Below are positions 1 to 13,974 of a stretch of 64,000 nucleotides of DNA, piece by piece. Each line of letters starts with the position of its first letter. Within the stretch, counting starts at the first letter, position 1. The position numbers were made by a program, and so were the translations under genes. The stretch lies in NCBI GenBank assembly GCA_037379345.1, contig CM074511.1, positions 51,652,862-51,716,861 on the forward strand, given 5' to 3'. Source of the DNA: Perna viridis. Lineage: Eukaryota. The notes beneath the pieces are model-generated. The model did not search any database. It was given only the letters and a program-made list of their open reading frames with translations, and was not told the DNA's origin.

Positions 1-285
1 CACTGATGAAGTATCTTTGTCAATTCATAAAAATTACCCTCATTCATAGTATACATGTACCCCAGATTTACTAACTTTAGTCATAAATTGGATGTGGTCA
101 ATTAACTCTGACCAGTTGTCAACACAATTTGCTTGATTTTAGGGGATGCCTGTTGCTGACAAACTTCCTGTAAATTTTAATATACAAGACCTAGGAGCCA
201 AAAAATTGCCATCTGGTTATTTTTGTTGCCAGATGAAATAAAAAATCGCAAATTACGAGATTGGCAAAGCCAAGTGTGATCCCTG
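1..285. repeat. Dispersed repeat, copy 1 (ends CCCTG, hAT-MITE-like)
   Basis: Shares ggtcaattaactctga...ggggatgcctgttgctgacaaacttcc...ggttatttttgt..ccagat..aaataaaaa with 10965-11199. Confidence 0.75.
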
Positions 286-1119
286 GTTATGCTATCAAAC
301 CATTTTTTTTATACTGGTACCTTAGATTAAAGTTTATATCCTTTTCCTCTGAATTGCAAGGTTTTCATACCAGGATATAATATCTGGCCAAATGAGATGA
401 TATTCTAGATTTTTAGGTGTTGAAATACAATTCAGTTTTTTTAAATCTCTCCTTTTGTGACAAAGATTTTTGATAGTTTACCTATATAGGTGACTGTCTT
501 TGATATATTTTGCATTAGTAACTTAAACAGTTCTTCTATTCAGTTTGTTCTGATGTATCTGCTGTCATTTTATCAGGGATTGACAGTGCTATTGTTTAAT
601 GCAATCAAAAATATTAACATGTTTGCTTTTTGTTTTACTTTTTAAGGGTTATTAAGTTGATGAAATTTTAGAGGTTGTCTGGCAAACTATTTTCTGACTT
701 GGAGTATGGAGGACTAGAATTACAACCTCTCACATTTAAGGAGTAAGAAGTTTTCTGTTTGTTAATGCTGATATATTTTTAAGTTCATTTGTAAGTCAAG
801 TTATGAAAATAGAAGCAAAAACTTAGTGATGATCTTACTGTATTATAATTCATTTGTTTTAATTGTTAAATGCTGCGCATTTGGCAGGTTCTCTAATACA
901 TTATCTGCATTGTATCACAATTTGTGGCAGATAGCAGAAGTTCATGTAAAGTCTATCTTCTTTTTTTATATTATTATGTTTTTCTCAAGATTTAGGTATG
1001 CTAAATTGAGACAACTGTTTTAGCTATGAAATGAACATTGTAAGCATATTAATTTTCGCAGTTGCTAATTTCCTTGGATTCTGCAAAATGAACATATTCG
1101 CAGGTATCAATTTTCATGG

Positions 1120-1177
1120 ACCGCCTGAATATAGCTGAAATATTGCTGCTCAGGCGTTAAACCCCAACAATCAATTA
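1120..1177 (+). mobile_element. SINE/LINE 3' tail with 14-bp target-site duplication
   Basis: atatagctgaaatattgctgctc.g.cgttaaaccccaa plus short tail; flanked by ATCAATTTTCATGG at 1106-1119 and 1178-1191; second copy at 20873-20938. Confidence 0.8.
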
Positions 1178-1994
1178 ATCAATTTTCATGGTTAAAAATC
1201 AATTCCATGTTTACTATTTTCCCCAGTTTTCTATGCACCACGAAAATAGCGAATTCATTATCTCCTAAAGTGTTGTATTTTAAGTAGAAAGTGCTGTAAA
1301 ACATTAGGGTTTACAACTATCTAGTCATTGGAATTGAGGTGCTTAAGGTGTTTTCTAAGGTTCATTGTTATATACTTTAGTTTTATAATTCACTGAATTA
1401 TTATTTGATATTCTGACTAACACATGTAAACAAATGTTTTAAACTTCATTTTTGGTCAATTTTGATATGGCCAATTCTCCTAAAATGGATTATCCGGTTA
1501 TATTTTCATTAAGATGTTTCACATTGAATCTCCATATTAATGTCAAGTGTAAACATTAAGAAGTGGTAAATGTTGTGTGATGTATTTTATGTGTACATGT
1601 GGCCATCATTTTTAAATTTGGTTTTATTCTTTGGAGAAAAAATATTATTTACTTAACTACTTTTCCATATACTATTAATCAGAGAAAGAAACACTTAAAT
1701 TCATTCATCCACATAAAACAATGCTTTTGTATTTGTTTTTTGAATGTGTTTCTGAAATAAAAGTGAATTACTAGGTAGATGGGTTTTCGACATCCTTTTC
1801 TGTCTGATATTTGTACAGACTGCTACATAACTACGTGGATACTGTATTAAAATATTTTAATAAACGATACTTTCAGTTCCCATTTTATCTGCTACACTTC
1901 ACTTATGAAATGTTTTCTTTTCCACTAATTCATCCATTTACCACCTACAACTCCTTGTGTATTAAAACAGATTGTCAAATTTACAGCTTTTTAA

Positions 1995-2394
1995 GTAGTA
2001 CTCCGTGTAAGAATCATGCAAAATGTGATTCATGGTTTTAAAGCCCACATATTTTTATATTTGATATTTTGTTTAAAATGTTATAGCAAACAGAAATGTA
2101 ACATGTAGCATTTCATAAAACTCCTGATCTCAGGAGATAAAAAATATATCGAATGTGCTGTAGAATTCAAAATTAAGGAAGATAACTCTGTACATGACAC
2201 TATAAAACAATAGTAACTGTTTGATTTTCAATATGGATTATCTCCTTAGAGCAGACTGATTGGAATGAACAATTATACATTTCATCATATAGACCTATAA
2301 AGCAACTTAATAACAAAAAAAGAAAAATGTGTAGCCTTTTTTTAAGGTGTATCACATATTACAGAATTTGCATGATTCTTACTAAGACCACTAC
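1995..2394. mobile_element. TTAA-flanked MITE (Kolobok/piggyBac-type target site)
   Basis: TIRs GTAGTactccgtGTAAGAATCATGCA / TGCATGATTCTTACtaagaccACTAC; TTAA at 1991-1994 and 2395-2398; second copy at 28210-29084. Confidence 0.85.
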
Positions 2395-2909
2395 TTAAAA
2401 AATTCTTAAATTATGTTGTTATTCTACATAAAGTGGTAGTGAATTTTTTTTAGAATTGTGTGGGTTTTTTTTGTTTTTTTATTTTGGATAAAAAATTTTC
2501 ATCTTTTACATTACTTGTTGCTTGTCTGCAATTGAATTGTATGGTAAAATACTTAAGTCTGCTGGTCTACATAGAAATATATTTGTCCTTTTTATCTAGC
2601 TAGTAACCTATTCTCAGGACTGCAATGTTGTGTACAAGTGTTAAATTCTATAAGTATTAGCTTTGCTTTTGTTACATTTAAGTACTAACAGTTATTTATA
2701 ATGTATATTTATGGTCCCATAATTTGATATATACTATTCGGTTGTGCAATTATTCTCAATTGAAAGCTAATGATTTATGGTTATGCTATTGTTCTTGGAA
2801 GTTACTGTTTGATATTGGACAGCAGATCTCAATACATGCTGGTTTGTTATTCTGAAAAGAGTGATACATTGTACAGAGTGCTTTACAGTTCTAACAAAAT
2901 ACAATTTAT

Positions 2910-3120
2910 ATACTGTGAAAGTACTGTTGTTTGTGAGGTACCTGTTTTCGAGGTTTTCAAAATTTGGTTGCCAAACAAAAAGATTCCAATTGATGTCTAT
3001 CCTGAAAACCTCAAAACCACTAATTCAAGAATCTATGATCTTGTGTTTCTCCATGAAAATTGATATCCACAAATTGAAGTACTTGCATGGTAATTCTATA
3101 ATGATTGTATCTAAGTACTG
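2910..3120. mobile_element. TA-flanked Tc1/mariner-type MITE
   Basis: Starts TACTGTGAAA; internal sequence is the reverse complement of 53818-54023. Confidence 0.7.
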
Positions 3121-4094
3121 AAATGAGTTAAACAACATGGAGTTGAAAGTTATGGAGTATATGTAGAAGTGAAACTACATGCCATAACAGGGAATCTGGA
3201 TTTCCTATGATCCTGAAAATAATTTAGAGTTTTCAAATAATGTTGATAACTAAACAAAGTAAACAGAAGGATTCCAGGATTAAAGGCTAGATTGTAGACT
3301 TAACATCCCAATAACAAGTGTAAGTAATCTAAAAACAAAAACAAATGTCCTTTTTATACTTTTAACCAGTTAATTCTCTGTTGTACGAAATGTAGTTATG
3401 CTCATCTCTAATGTTAAACTCCAGTTAATGAATTAACCTAAACTTTAACAAACATTGATATTTCTGTTTTTAATTTCTGTTCTGTGTTGGTATTATGTTA
3501 TCATATCAGGGGAAACTATATTGTAATTTATTATACGGAAGTTTATGGAAAAAGTAGTTTTGATGTATCTTGTATTTGAGCAATGTTGATTCTTCTTTTC
3601 CAACCTTGTCCAAATAAAGTATTGGAAAGTTATCAAGTCTTATTCTTAAAGCCTCTTCTCTTGTCAGACAGATGGTGGATTATCCATTTCGATCCACAGT
3701 TGGTAAGATAATTCAAAATACTGGCAGTTTTTAGTTTTTGGTTTTTTTTTTGGGGGGGATAAATAATTGAGAGGAAGCTATCATTCACTTTTCCATCATT
3801 ATTCGATTGTAAAACTACGTTTGGTTGGTATTATGTCGGAAAATTTTGGAAAGCCTGTCTGCAGCGGTTAGTAAGAGAGGAAACGAACATCTGCTGCTGT
3901 TATGTGCTTTTGAAGGACGTTAATTGTAGAGTGTTCACAAAGGTTTCATGGACGGGTGGTTGCATTACTATATCCCATCGCAATTTTGTTGGCGAGGGGA
4001 TAATAAGACAGTTGATATATTAATTTTAGCACCTCTGTAAATGATGTTTTTTTGCTGTGTTGTAGTTTCATGTGCGGAGAAAATAAGATAATTC

Positions 4095-5500
4095 TTGAGT
4101 ATATCAAAAATACATGAGATATTTCCATTTATATTTACCGGATATTTACCGAAAATCTTTGACACAGGAATATTTCCTGCTAGTTGGTTAATATGGATGA
4201 TTAAACCAATATATAAAAACAAAGGAAATCTGAATGATCCAAGAACACTTTTTTCGAAGAGTTTCTTATCTTCAAGAAAAATCTATGCGGCTTCATACAA
4301 AAATATTCCACGTTAGATGATACCTTCGCGATCAATACTTTGTTCCAAATTCTAAAATCTAAGCGATAAAAAAATATTATGCTTTTATAGATTTCGAAAA
4401 GGCCTTTGATAAAGTTTGGCGAAACGTACTTTTTTTATACACTACTTCTGAATCATATAAATGGGAAAATGTATAATGTCATATTTAATATGTATTCAAA
4501 TATCAAGTCATGTATTACATTCAGAAACATAGCATCCGACTTTTTCAGCGGTGAAACTGGCGTGAGACAGGTTGAGAATTTGTCTCCTTTTCTTTTCTCC
4601 ATGTTTTAAATGATCTAGAAGACTTTATACAGTCCCACAATATAAATGGGCTGAACTCTACATCTTCAGAAATCGAAAGAAGTCTAAGTATATACATAAA
4701 GCTTATGGCCGGTAATCATTCCAAAATTTCATGTATATTGTACCAACTTACGAGAAGTCTGGTTGATCAAGGTAATGTTACCCCTTAGTTTAGTTCTTTA
4801 TGTTCGAAAAATCTTAAACGAATGTGGTAATCAAAATATTTGGGAAACATAAACTTCTCTAAATAATGAATGGCTAAAATGTGCAATTAAACAGATTGAT
4901 TGATCAATTTGTTCAAAAATTGCGATCAACAGTGAATGACTCGCCAAAAGGGATGAAACTTTAGAATTTTCAAAACCAAATTTTAATTCGGAGAATATCT
5001 TAATATTCTAGATTTCTCCGAAGCTAAAAAAAGTCCGCAGATTCAGAACTACATTGTTTTACCTATTGAAACTGGTAGGTGGCAAAGGTAAAGAAACAGG
5101 AAACAGTCACTGTGTATTGTGCAATAACCAGAAACTATGTGATGAATATCATAATATTCTCGAATGTTTCTCTTTCTCAGAGGAACGCAAGCAGATTTAC
5201 CAAGATATTATCTAAATCATTGCAATACATTCAAGTTTTCGAACTTGATGTCAACTAAAAAGCCGTATCTACTTCTTAAGCTTTGTTGTCTGATAAAAGA
5301 TATAAATTCCGCATTGGTACTTCTGGCTAAGCATCCACCCTTTTGACTGTTTTCTTCTCTTTTTTTATGTAAATATTATATACGTGCTTTTGTGTGTGTA
5401 TGTGTTTGTGTGTGTGTGCATAATTTTTGTGTCTCAAATTGTATTTGTTTATGTTCTCTACATCAGTTGATCTATGAGAATAAAAATATAACGTTCTCAG
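4095..5500 (+). mobile_element. Degenerate 5'-truncated non-LTR retrotransposon (RTE-X-like LINE) with internal deletion
   Basis: Frameshifted RT pieces: DTGIFPASW..IKPIYKNKG, FIDFEKAFDKV, GVRQVENLSPFLFS; C-terminal LPIETGRW...CxxC...DEYH; YADD region missing. Clade assignment is inference. Confidence 0.85.
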
Positions 5501-5549
5501 CCCCGTGATAATTTTATCGATAAACTGCCTAATTAACAAGTATCTTATC

Positions 5550-7890
5550 TCTTTAATAATAGGTATCTGATTATTTGTCTCTGCTTAGATTCATATTTAC
5601 ATTTGAACACATTACACATTCACTTTCATATGATATTGGCAATTTTTCGTGAAAAAGCACACACTCTTTTGTATAATTGAACATTACAGATAATCAATAA
5701 CCCATCAAATTTACTCATATTCGGTTGGTTTGAGTAGCAATATGGGATGTAACGAGATCTTAAATACTTAACCGTTGGATCATTACACTGGAAGAATATG
5801 TGAAATTCATCTCCCACTCCTTCTTTACAAAGATTACATATTCTTTAACTCCGTGGGACTCCAGACCACCTCCCAGTTTCTATTGGTAGTTTTAATTTGG
5901 AACACCTTAATTTTGTCAAATGAATACGTTCTGCTGGGGACAATCTGAGAAGATATGGTTCAATTCTGAATTCATGTTTAAAAGTGGAATAGAATTCAAC
6001 ACGAGATGTGTTGACCATTTGTGAAAACCAAGATTGATAGAATTGGTCACATAATGTCTGTTTAACTGTGACCTTAAGCCAGTTAATATTTACTTTAACG
6101 TGTTCGTTCCATAAGTAACTAAGACCCGTATCATCCAAGATAGATTTAATATAGTTAACCCACCTAAATTTGGTTGGTTTATTGTCATGCAATTTTATCA
6201 TAAGCCGAAGCATTAGATTTGACGGTTTTTGTTCTTTTTGCATAGTTCTTGCCCAAAAGCTAACCATTCTTACTTTAACAAATATTTCAAGTGGAATTCT
6301 ACCCATCTCTCCATAAACTATAAAATTTGGAGTGCTGCTTCTCATCTTAATGATATTTTTACAAAATTTAAGATGCACCTTTTCAATGTTTTGATTATTT
6401 TCAAAACCCCAGACCTCAGAGGTTTATAACAGTATTGGTGATATCATAATATCAAATAACTGCAACTGTAAATCACTTAGCAGTGGAATGTTTCTTAGTT
6501 TCCTACAGAGAGCAAAAGAGCTTCTTGGGCTTGATCTATTAGACGCTTTCTTGCAATAGTGAAACTGCCGTTGTAATTGAAACCGTGTCTAGATATGTAT
6601 ACGACTCTACTAATTCTATATTTTTGTTATATATTTGAAATTGAAAATGTTGTTTACACTTTCCTTTACTGACAACAACTTTTGTCTTTTCCGTACTAAC
6701 TTGTAATTTCTATTCTTTACAGTAATTAGCAAACACATCCAATGCTTCTTGCATAGCTTCCTTTGTTTCTGACATCACAATTGTATCATCTGCATAAAGC
6801 ATCACAAATATTTTGACATATATATCAAACATTTCTGAGCATGAACTTTCTATCAAATCTAGATTTTGTACTTCATTGTCTTGCAAAAAGATTTCTAGAT
6901 CATTAAAAAAAATTGAGAACAAAAAAGGCGGCAAGTTTTCTCCTTGTCTTACACCAACTTCACAGTTAACAAATGCCTCACAGAGTTTACCATGATGCCT
7001 AATACAAGACTTAATATTCTGATACATATTGAAAATAACTGAAAATATTTTCCCTGTTACATTGGATTTTTGAACTTTTAGCCACAGACCATCTCTCCAG
7101 ACTGTGTCAAATGCTTTTTTAAAGTCAACAAATGTGCAAAATAGTTTTTACCTTATGAAAAATATATAGCTAAAAGGTAGTGTAACACAAAAAATGTTGT
7201 CAACAGTAGAATAAACCTTTCGATATCCTGTCTGTGATAAATTTAGTGTAATTCCTCTATAATTATTTGGCTCCGATACCAAACCTTTGTTCTTATAAAT
7301 AGGTACAATAATTCCTTGTGACCAAAGTTCTGGTACAATACCTGTATCGAGTACTAAATTAAGAATCTTTAAGTATACAGGCATTAGCTCCAAAACAGTG
7401 TTTTTCAGATATTCATTAAGAATATCATCAACTCCACAGACTTTGCCATTTTTTAGATTTCTAATATTTTTAACTATTTCGTCCTCGGTGATTGGACCAT
7501 TAAGTAATTCGTTCAATTCACTTGGTAAGTTGTTAACAAAATTTTCAAAATCAAAAGTTTCATTTTCCTCTGTGTTTTCTTTCTCATTCAGTTCTATGAA
7601 AAAATCGTACAATGTACCTACAGAAATATCGCTTTTGTCTTTTTCTTTTTAGTCTATACTGTTTAATATTTTCCAAACATCCTTTGGGTCGGAATTGTTT
7701 GCTTTTCGTAAATTATTTCCAATTTTATTCTGAAAGGTATCATACGCTTTTTTTATTTCACCTTTATATTCTTTTCTTTTCTTCTTCATTAGTTTTCTTT
7801 TTTTCCAGATTTTTTAAAGACACTATATCGCTTCCTGGCTTTGTGGAATTTCTTCCTACTCTGTTTACATTTAGCATCAAACCAAAGTTG
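5550..7890 (-). mobile_element. Degenerate non-LTR retrotransposon (RTE-X-like LINE), 5'-truncated
   Basis: WFDAKC, DTGIVPELW..IVPIYKNKG..PNNYRGITL, FVDFKKAFD, GVRQGENL, LYADDT, LPIETGRW, GDEFH across broken ORFs 7612-5626. Confidence 0.92.
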
Positions 7891-8429
7891 ATTTTTGTCA
7901 TGTGTGGAAAGATCATTAATAAGTAATTAAACCATCCTCTCTAATTCATAGGAGTCACTTTGGTGATATAATTCAGACTTTTAAGATCAAAAAAGGACAT
8001 ACAGATGTCAAGTATTTTATTTTTACAATAAATAAAAACTAACTGAAATATGTACATTTCGCTGAAAGAATTTTATTACCAATGTTCAAATCATTGCGTT
8101 GATTCAATTAGAAGTATTTGATGATGATACCTGTGTATATTCATTATATTATATTTATTATATGTCAAGTGATTGCTGAGCAGTAAATAGTGATATATAA
8201 CATTTTATTTGAAAAAAAAAATGAGTTCAAACGAGACACCCCCAAATCTTGGATCACCCTTTTCGTGGTTATATAATATTGTGGGGCTGCATATTTGATA
8301 TGAAATTACTTTAATACAATAATTTTGAATTTTAAGTCATCTCAAGTTTTCCAGTATTTGTTAAGCGTATAGGAAAATCTGAAGATAGAAAATAAGCATT
8401 ATGAGCTTGGTAGCATTTGTGATATCCTA

Positions 8430-8587
8430 TTTATTCCGGATATTACAAACGTCTGTCCGTTTTTCATCTGAAATTAGATTGTTTTCCAGGACATCCGGTA
8501 ATTGTATTTTATTTTTTTTGAAAACTATTTTGTTCATCTCCAACGTGTCTATCGTCGGAAATGATCAACAGCTGTTAATTTTTTAAG
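8430..8587 (+). promoter_or_regulatory. Candidate promoter and non-coding first exon of POMGNT1
   Basis: Locally CpG-retaining stretch ending in a strong donor AAG|gtaagc at 8587/8588. The ATG exon has an acceptor 7 nt before the ATG, so an upstream UTR exon is expected. Start coordinate approximate. Confidence 0.35.
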
Positions 8588-8889
8588 GTAAGCTTTTTTA
8601 ACATCCATAACTAGATCATTTTCGAGTTAAAAGTTACTCGGTAATGTATACAGCATGATTTTCGATGTCGAGTGCACCCTATCCCTTTTTGTCAGATTTT
8701 GTTCATATGCCCTAAGACCCAGGATTTGTTTTTAATTTATCATTAATATATTTATTAAATCATTTTGTTTCCATATTTGAGTTATTATGTGCGTTCTCAG
8801 ACATGTCCGCTTCACCTTACTTTTTAATGCCGTTAATACGCCCAGTTTTTTTAAATGATTTATTACGAATGTAAAAAATTTTATGATAT

Positions 8890-9803
8890 CACACTCTTGG
8901 TTGAGGGAGTCTCCTGTAATTTTACCTTTTGATCTGCAAAAAAGTTTCCTGTGCAGAATGCATGGATCTCCCACTTTCAAGAATTCCTCCTGTAAAAAAA
9001 CCTGTAATTGAATTTATCAAATTTTCGTCAATTTCTGTCTGCCATTTTATTTTTGTTTATGTCAACAACTGTGCGTGTTGCGAAAGTGCTTTATTGTAAA
9101 AATGCTTGGAACAGCTGATAGGCATATGAGTCTTTCTAGAATTATCATCATTCATATTGACAAATAGCATGATTTACAATTTTGAATGGATTGTTATTTT
9201 AAGATTGTACAAACTTTGTGGCCGAACACAACTTGCTGTACCGTGTGGCTGATCATTTTACGGACTGTGAAAAAAAGAAAACATTCCCTGATTATAAAAT
9301 TGCAGAGATATTTTAATGTTTAAGGACTAAATGCACCCAAATCATAAAGCATGTTATCATACCAAGTCTTGAGGTTACAAATGTACAGTGATTCAAAACT
9401 GTAAACAGAAACCATTCAGTATTTTATGTGATGAAGGCAATAGTAGGGGTGCCAAAAAGTTCTTTGCTACACTTGTTTGCATTTTTAAAGATGGAAGCAG
9501 GTCCATCAAAACCAGATTCATTAACATGCCAGTGATGAACATTGGAACAGGGAAAATCTGTTTTGTGCCATACCATTTATCACTTATGTGAATACATGTA
9601 TAATTCATTTTATTGATTCATTTGTACATATCATGATATCATGTATTTATGGTTTTGAAAAAAAAAAAAATTAAAATCCTCTGTTTTATTTAATTTATAA
9701 CATAACAAAATATGTCCATAATGTTGTCAGCAAAATCTCCTGCAATCTTATGATGGATTGCAGGAGATCTCCCACAAGTAGTTTTGACTAGGTTAACAGG
9801 TAT
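8890..9803 (+). mobile_element. hAT-superfamily transposon remnant
   Basis: Transposase fragments NFVAEHNL...ADHF...FPD.KIA (9205-9305) and PFSILCDEG...TRFINMP (9388-9560); subterminal CTCC/GGAG motifs; terminus GTTAACAGGTATG. Left end approximate. Confidence 0.7.
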
Positions 9804-10964
9804 GATTGATTGTTATTGTCAAAACAGACCAAGGAAGAGAATGATGCAAAGGTAATATGAAAATTATTGGATATAAAACAGGAGCTTGAAATCTTATCAT
9901 GAATGATAATAAATGAATTCACACTTGTTATTTTGCTCCCAATGATCCCAGATTTGTCTCTGAATAACCTTTTGACATCAATGAGACAATGTAATTTTAA
10001 ATTGTGATGTCCTTAATCATGAGGAGGGAAGGGGAATTCAGTACAAAAACAACAGGAAACTGTATAATTTTCACCTATGGTGTCCACAAGTTAAATATGT
10101 CTATATGAGTTAAGCAGAGCCTTCAACTGAGCATCACACTTATAAATACACTACACTCAGTGACTTTTTGTTTCTCTAACACTCGTCAGGGTTTTAAATC
10201 TGTGTTAGTTGGATTTTTTCACAGTGAAATGTTTGTGTTAAACCCACCCATCTGGGACATGGTATATTCCAATTGTTGATTGTGTACAGAGAATCACTGA
10301 CCTGGGTGTGAAATTCATCCAGCACGGTGAAATTAGTCTTATTGATCTCTGACGACAATATGGATGTAAGTACCCAAGTTCCCAGGTCACTGACCTCCAA
10401 ATTCATTTGGGACCCCTGAAATTCACAACCAGCAGTTTGGATGAGGAAAGATGTTAATAGGGAAGCTTTTCTCATTGAGAAATACATTCTGTTGTTGATT
10501 TGGAGAACTCACTAGGTGACAATTTGTGCATACTCTTAGATACAAATTTCAGTGTTGGTGAAGTAAAAATAGTTACACCTTTTATCAGCATGCTATATTA
10601 AAATAACTTTTTTTGAAATGAACATTAACTCTGCCAGAGAAACCTGCCGGTCCCAAGGCTGGAAGAAGGAGGATGATCTATATATACATTATTTAACTAA
10701 AATAAAAGTCTTATAATTGTTATATTTATATAATTGCAAAAGAGATGAACAACCAATTATAAAGGTTTTTTTTTTTAATAACATACAATAACCACACCAC
10801 ACATCTAATGTAGCACTAAAACAACATAAAATATATATTTGCTAATATTCTGGTGCAAAAGAATCATTAATTTATTGGCACAATTTAACTACGAAAATAA
10901 AAAAGTATACTGTGCAAAACGAGTACTGGGGCAAAAGAGTTGTGGTGCAAAAGGACCATGAATT

Positions 10965-11199
10965 GTGAGTCATGTTCACCTGGTCTTATTATTTTAGATA
11001 AGCTTTATAAATTGGTTATGGTCAATTAACTCTGAGTATGTGTGATTGGAGGGGATGCCTGTTGCTGACAAACTTCCCGTCAATTATAACATACAAAACC
11101 TTGGTGCCAAGAAAATCTGGAAATGGTTATTTTTGTAGCCAGATCAAATAAAAAATAAATTTATTATTATGACATTAATGAGGCCTAGCACAATCCCTG
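10965..11199. repeat. Dispersed repeat, copy 2
   Basis: Homologous to 1-285, same CCCTG terminus. Confidence 0.75.
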
Positions 11200-12348
11200 T
11201 TATTTGTATTTATTCTCATAGATTTTGTCATTGTGGATTAATGGAATGCCCAACTTTTTTTTCAATTGTTTTCAAGGTTGGATGCTTGGTCTTGTGATCT
11301 TGATGGCATTGTAAACTTGTCATCAGCATCTTTGTTGGGGCATAAAGAATTAAATGCTACTAGTATGTCAATTGTTTGTTGAACTATTGAAAGGTCTTTC
11401 TGTTGAAAACTTTCTATTTAGACATTTGGTTTGATCCATAACATGCTAACCTTCTACAACAGTTTTTATTTGCACTTTGTGACCTTGTCATATGCAATTG
11501 TCCAGGTTTCCATCATGATTTTTGTCATGTAAACAAGATGACTTTTCATTTGGTATACAACAACCCTACTTTCTGTGAACTTTAAATATTTTGCACTAAT
11601 TAACCCCAAATGGGCTCTTTTTCTGTATAACAAAATTGATATTTGTGATGTATATGTTATGACCTTTAATTTGGTGTGTGACAACCTAACTGTATAAAAT
11701 ACTTTAGTTTTTGCACTCATTGACCTTACCCAAGTTATTTTTTACGGGACAAAACATTGATATTTCATAAGTATGCTTTAGGAACTTTCATTTGATGTGC
11801 AACAACCTTACCCTCTAAGAACTTTTAACTTTTTGCTCTTAATGACTGTTCTCTTCCAACATGTATGATTTACCGAGGTTGAAACTTTGATTTTTGAAAT
11901 GTGCTCATTTAGACCTTCGAAATGATATATCACATGACATTCTTCAACGAAGTTGAAAAAATGATGTAACATCAAATCTATAAATAGGTATTGATGAAAT
12001 ATATAAAACTATTGGAAAAAATGAAAATTTTAAGTTGTTGTAGTATCATTGCTTTTTAATATTGGTCCTTGGTATTTTATCAAACAGTTGTACTTTAGCA
12101 GATCTTTCTTTCTGTGTAATGATCATTTGTAAGTCTGTTGTGGGTTTTAAATTATATACCCCTACTCTGAAAAACTAAAATTTCAATAGATCCAATACAA
12201 GACAAGATATCTTAAATTTGAAATCTGTATGATAATCTACCAAACATATGCAACAAAATTACAAAAAATTTGGTAATTCCACTTCCAGAACACATTTTGA
12301 GCACAATGAATAATTAAAATATGATGCAATGACAAACTCCAGAACCGG

Positions 12349-12945
12349 AAGAGTAATCAAGGGAACCAAGGTTATAGCGGTAATCAAAAGATTGTAATCC
12401 AGGGACATAGACCAGACGTGGAAAACAGAAATACACAACAAAGAACATAGAGTAACTAAAATCATACAAAGTACAAAAGCAAATGAGCAACTCAGACTCC
12501 ACCAAAAACTGGGAGTATGGACCAGGGCACCGGTAGGGTAAACATCCTGTGCTTTTCTAGAAACACCCACCGAGTTGCTCATAAAAAGTCAAGTCCGGGG
12601 TAGACGAAAGAGGAAAGGAAAACTATGACATGTTGAACAAATCAGTTTTCATGGCACAGATGGATACATCATAACGATCCATGAGTTCATGATGACGGCT
12701 ATAAAACATTTGTAGTGATGACTTCAATCTTGTAGCAACATAACCCTGCTCCAGAAGCCTATTTGTTAGAATTCTAGCATGATACAAAAAGGCTGTGTAG
12801 TCTTGGCAAGCTGTGGCATAATGTATGAGTTGTGATATGAACACTCCATACTTAGATACTGAAGAGATGTTGCCACAGATGAAAGGAAAGTTGACAATTT
12901 TGAATGAAAAGTCGTCATGTTTGTCGTAAAGTTTGGTCAATAGTT
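12349..12945 (-). mobile_element. Penelope-like retroelement 3' fragment (Naiad-like)
   Basis: [20 protein letters not shown]...YGVFISQLIHYA RT thumb; ORF ends without a C-terminal GIY-YIG; 3' region shared with three other copies. Confidence 0.8.
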
Positions 12946-13974
12946 TATAGAGACATGAAACTACCACAATACAGCTAGGATTACTTGACCTTGAAAAAAC
13001 TAACAAGGTGAAGGTCGTACAATCATGTCTAGGTCACAAGCCGGATTTTGCAAAACATTTAAATTGTCATAACTTTTGAACAGATCGTTGGACATATGTA
13101 AACTTGTTCTCAAAATGTAGGGCTTATCAAGAGGGTCATTTCAAACACTGTATGTATGACTTATCTTTTATAGTTTTCTTAATATCAAGGCCTGTATTTT
13201 GCAGTGAGAAGGCCTTCTAGCACTCTATGACCTTTGACCTTGGGTGCAAATGAAAGGTATCAAAGATCATTGATGAAGGTCCCATGTCTATACATGTTCC
13301 GGTTCACGAAATATAAATTTTCAAAACTTAAGTATATTACAGGCATATAACTCCTGTAAGGTTTGATAACAAAATACATGTTTATGTTTATTCATTAGGT
13401 CTTCTGCTTGTGTACACGAAACCGTTTTCAGATTGATTCTATTATGGTTTTCAAGATATGAGCAATTGAAGGAAATAGTTTTAAAGGAACATAACTCCTA
13501 AGGTGATAATGAAATCCTTAGCAGGGTAATTTTCTGATAGAACATGATGACATCTACATGTAAGCCAAGTATGATCATTATATCCTGAAAAATGAAAAGG
13601 GGGACCATGTTGACCATATTGAAAAACAGCTAATCAACGGGAGATAACTTCTACAATGGAGGACATTATTCTTCATAGGGTCATCCCATAAAAGTCCTAA
13701 ATGACTTCTGTCAATGGTTCAAATGTGTTAATGATATCTTGGAAAATAATAGGGGGACCATGTCAAAGTAAATTTTGGATATGTCAGAAGAAAAAAAAAC
13801 ATTAGAAATACAATAAAGTAGGAAAATACCTTAATTAAAAGTAACACTGATAAATGACATAAAATATTTACTACACATATGGTAATAATGTATTACATAT
13901 TATCAGTAACATTTCTAAAATAATTTTCTAGATATGCATTTTTGAAACTCTATTATATATATACTTGAATATTA

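Noticed and set aside
3-40. CTGATGA motifs (also ~14574, and ~27646 on minus) as hammerhead ribozyme cores
   Set aside because: No properly spaced GAAA with a credible stem II and flanking helices.
826-3620. Short ORFs at the window start
   Set aside because: AT-rich UTR or intergenic sequence with MITEs; no homology-like motifs or exon chain.
10187-10487. 97-aa minus ORF in a GC-richer patch
   Set aside because: No recognisable motif; recurrent actgacc/cccag words and a CAGGG start suggest a DNA-transposon end.
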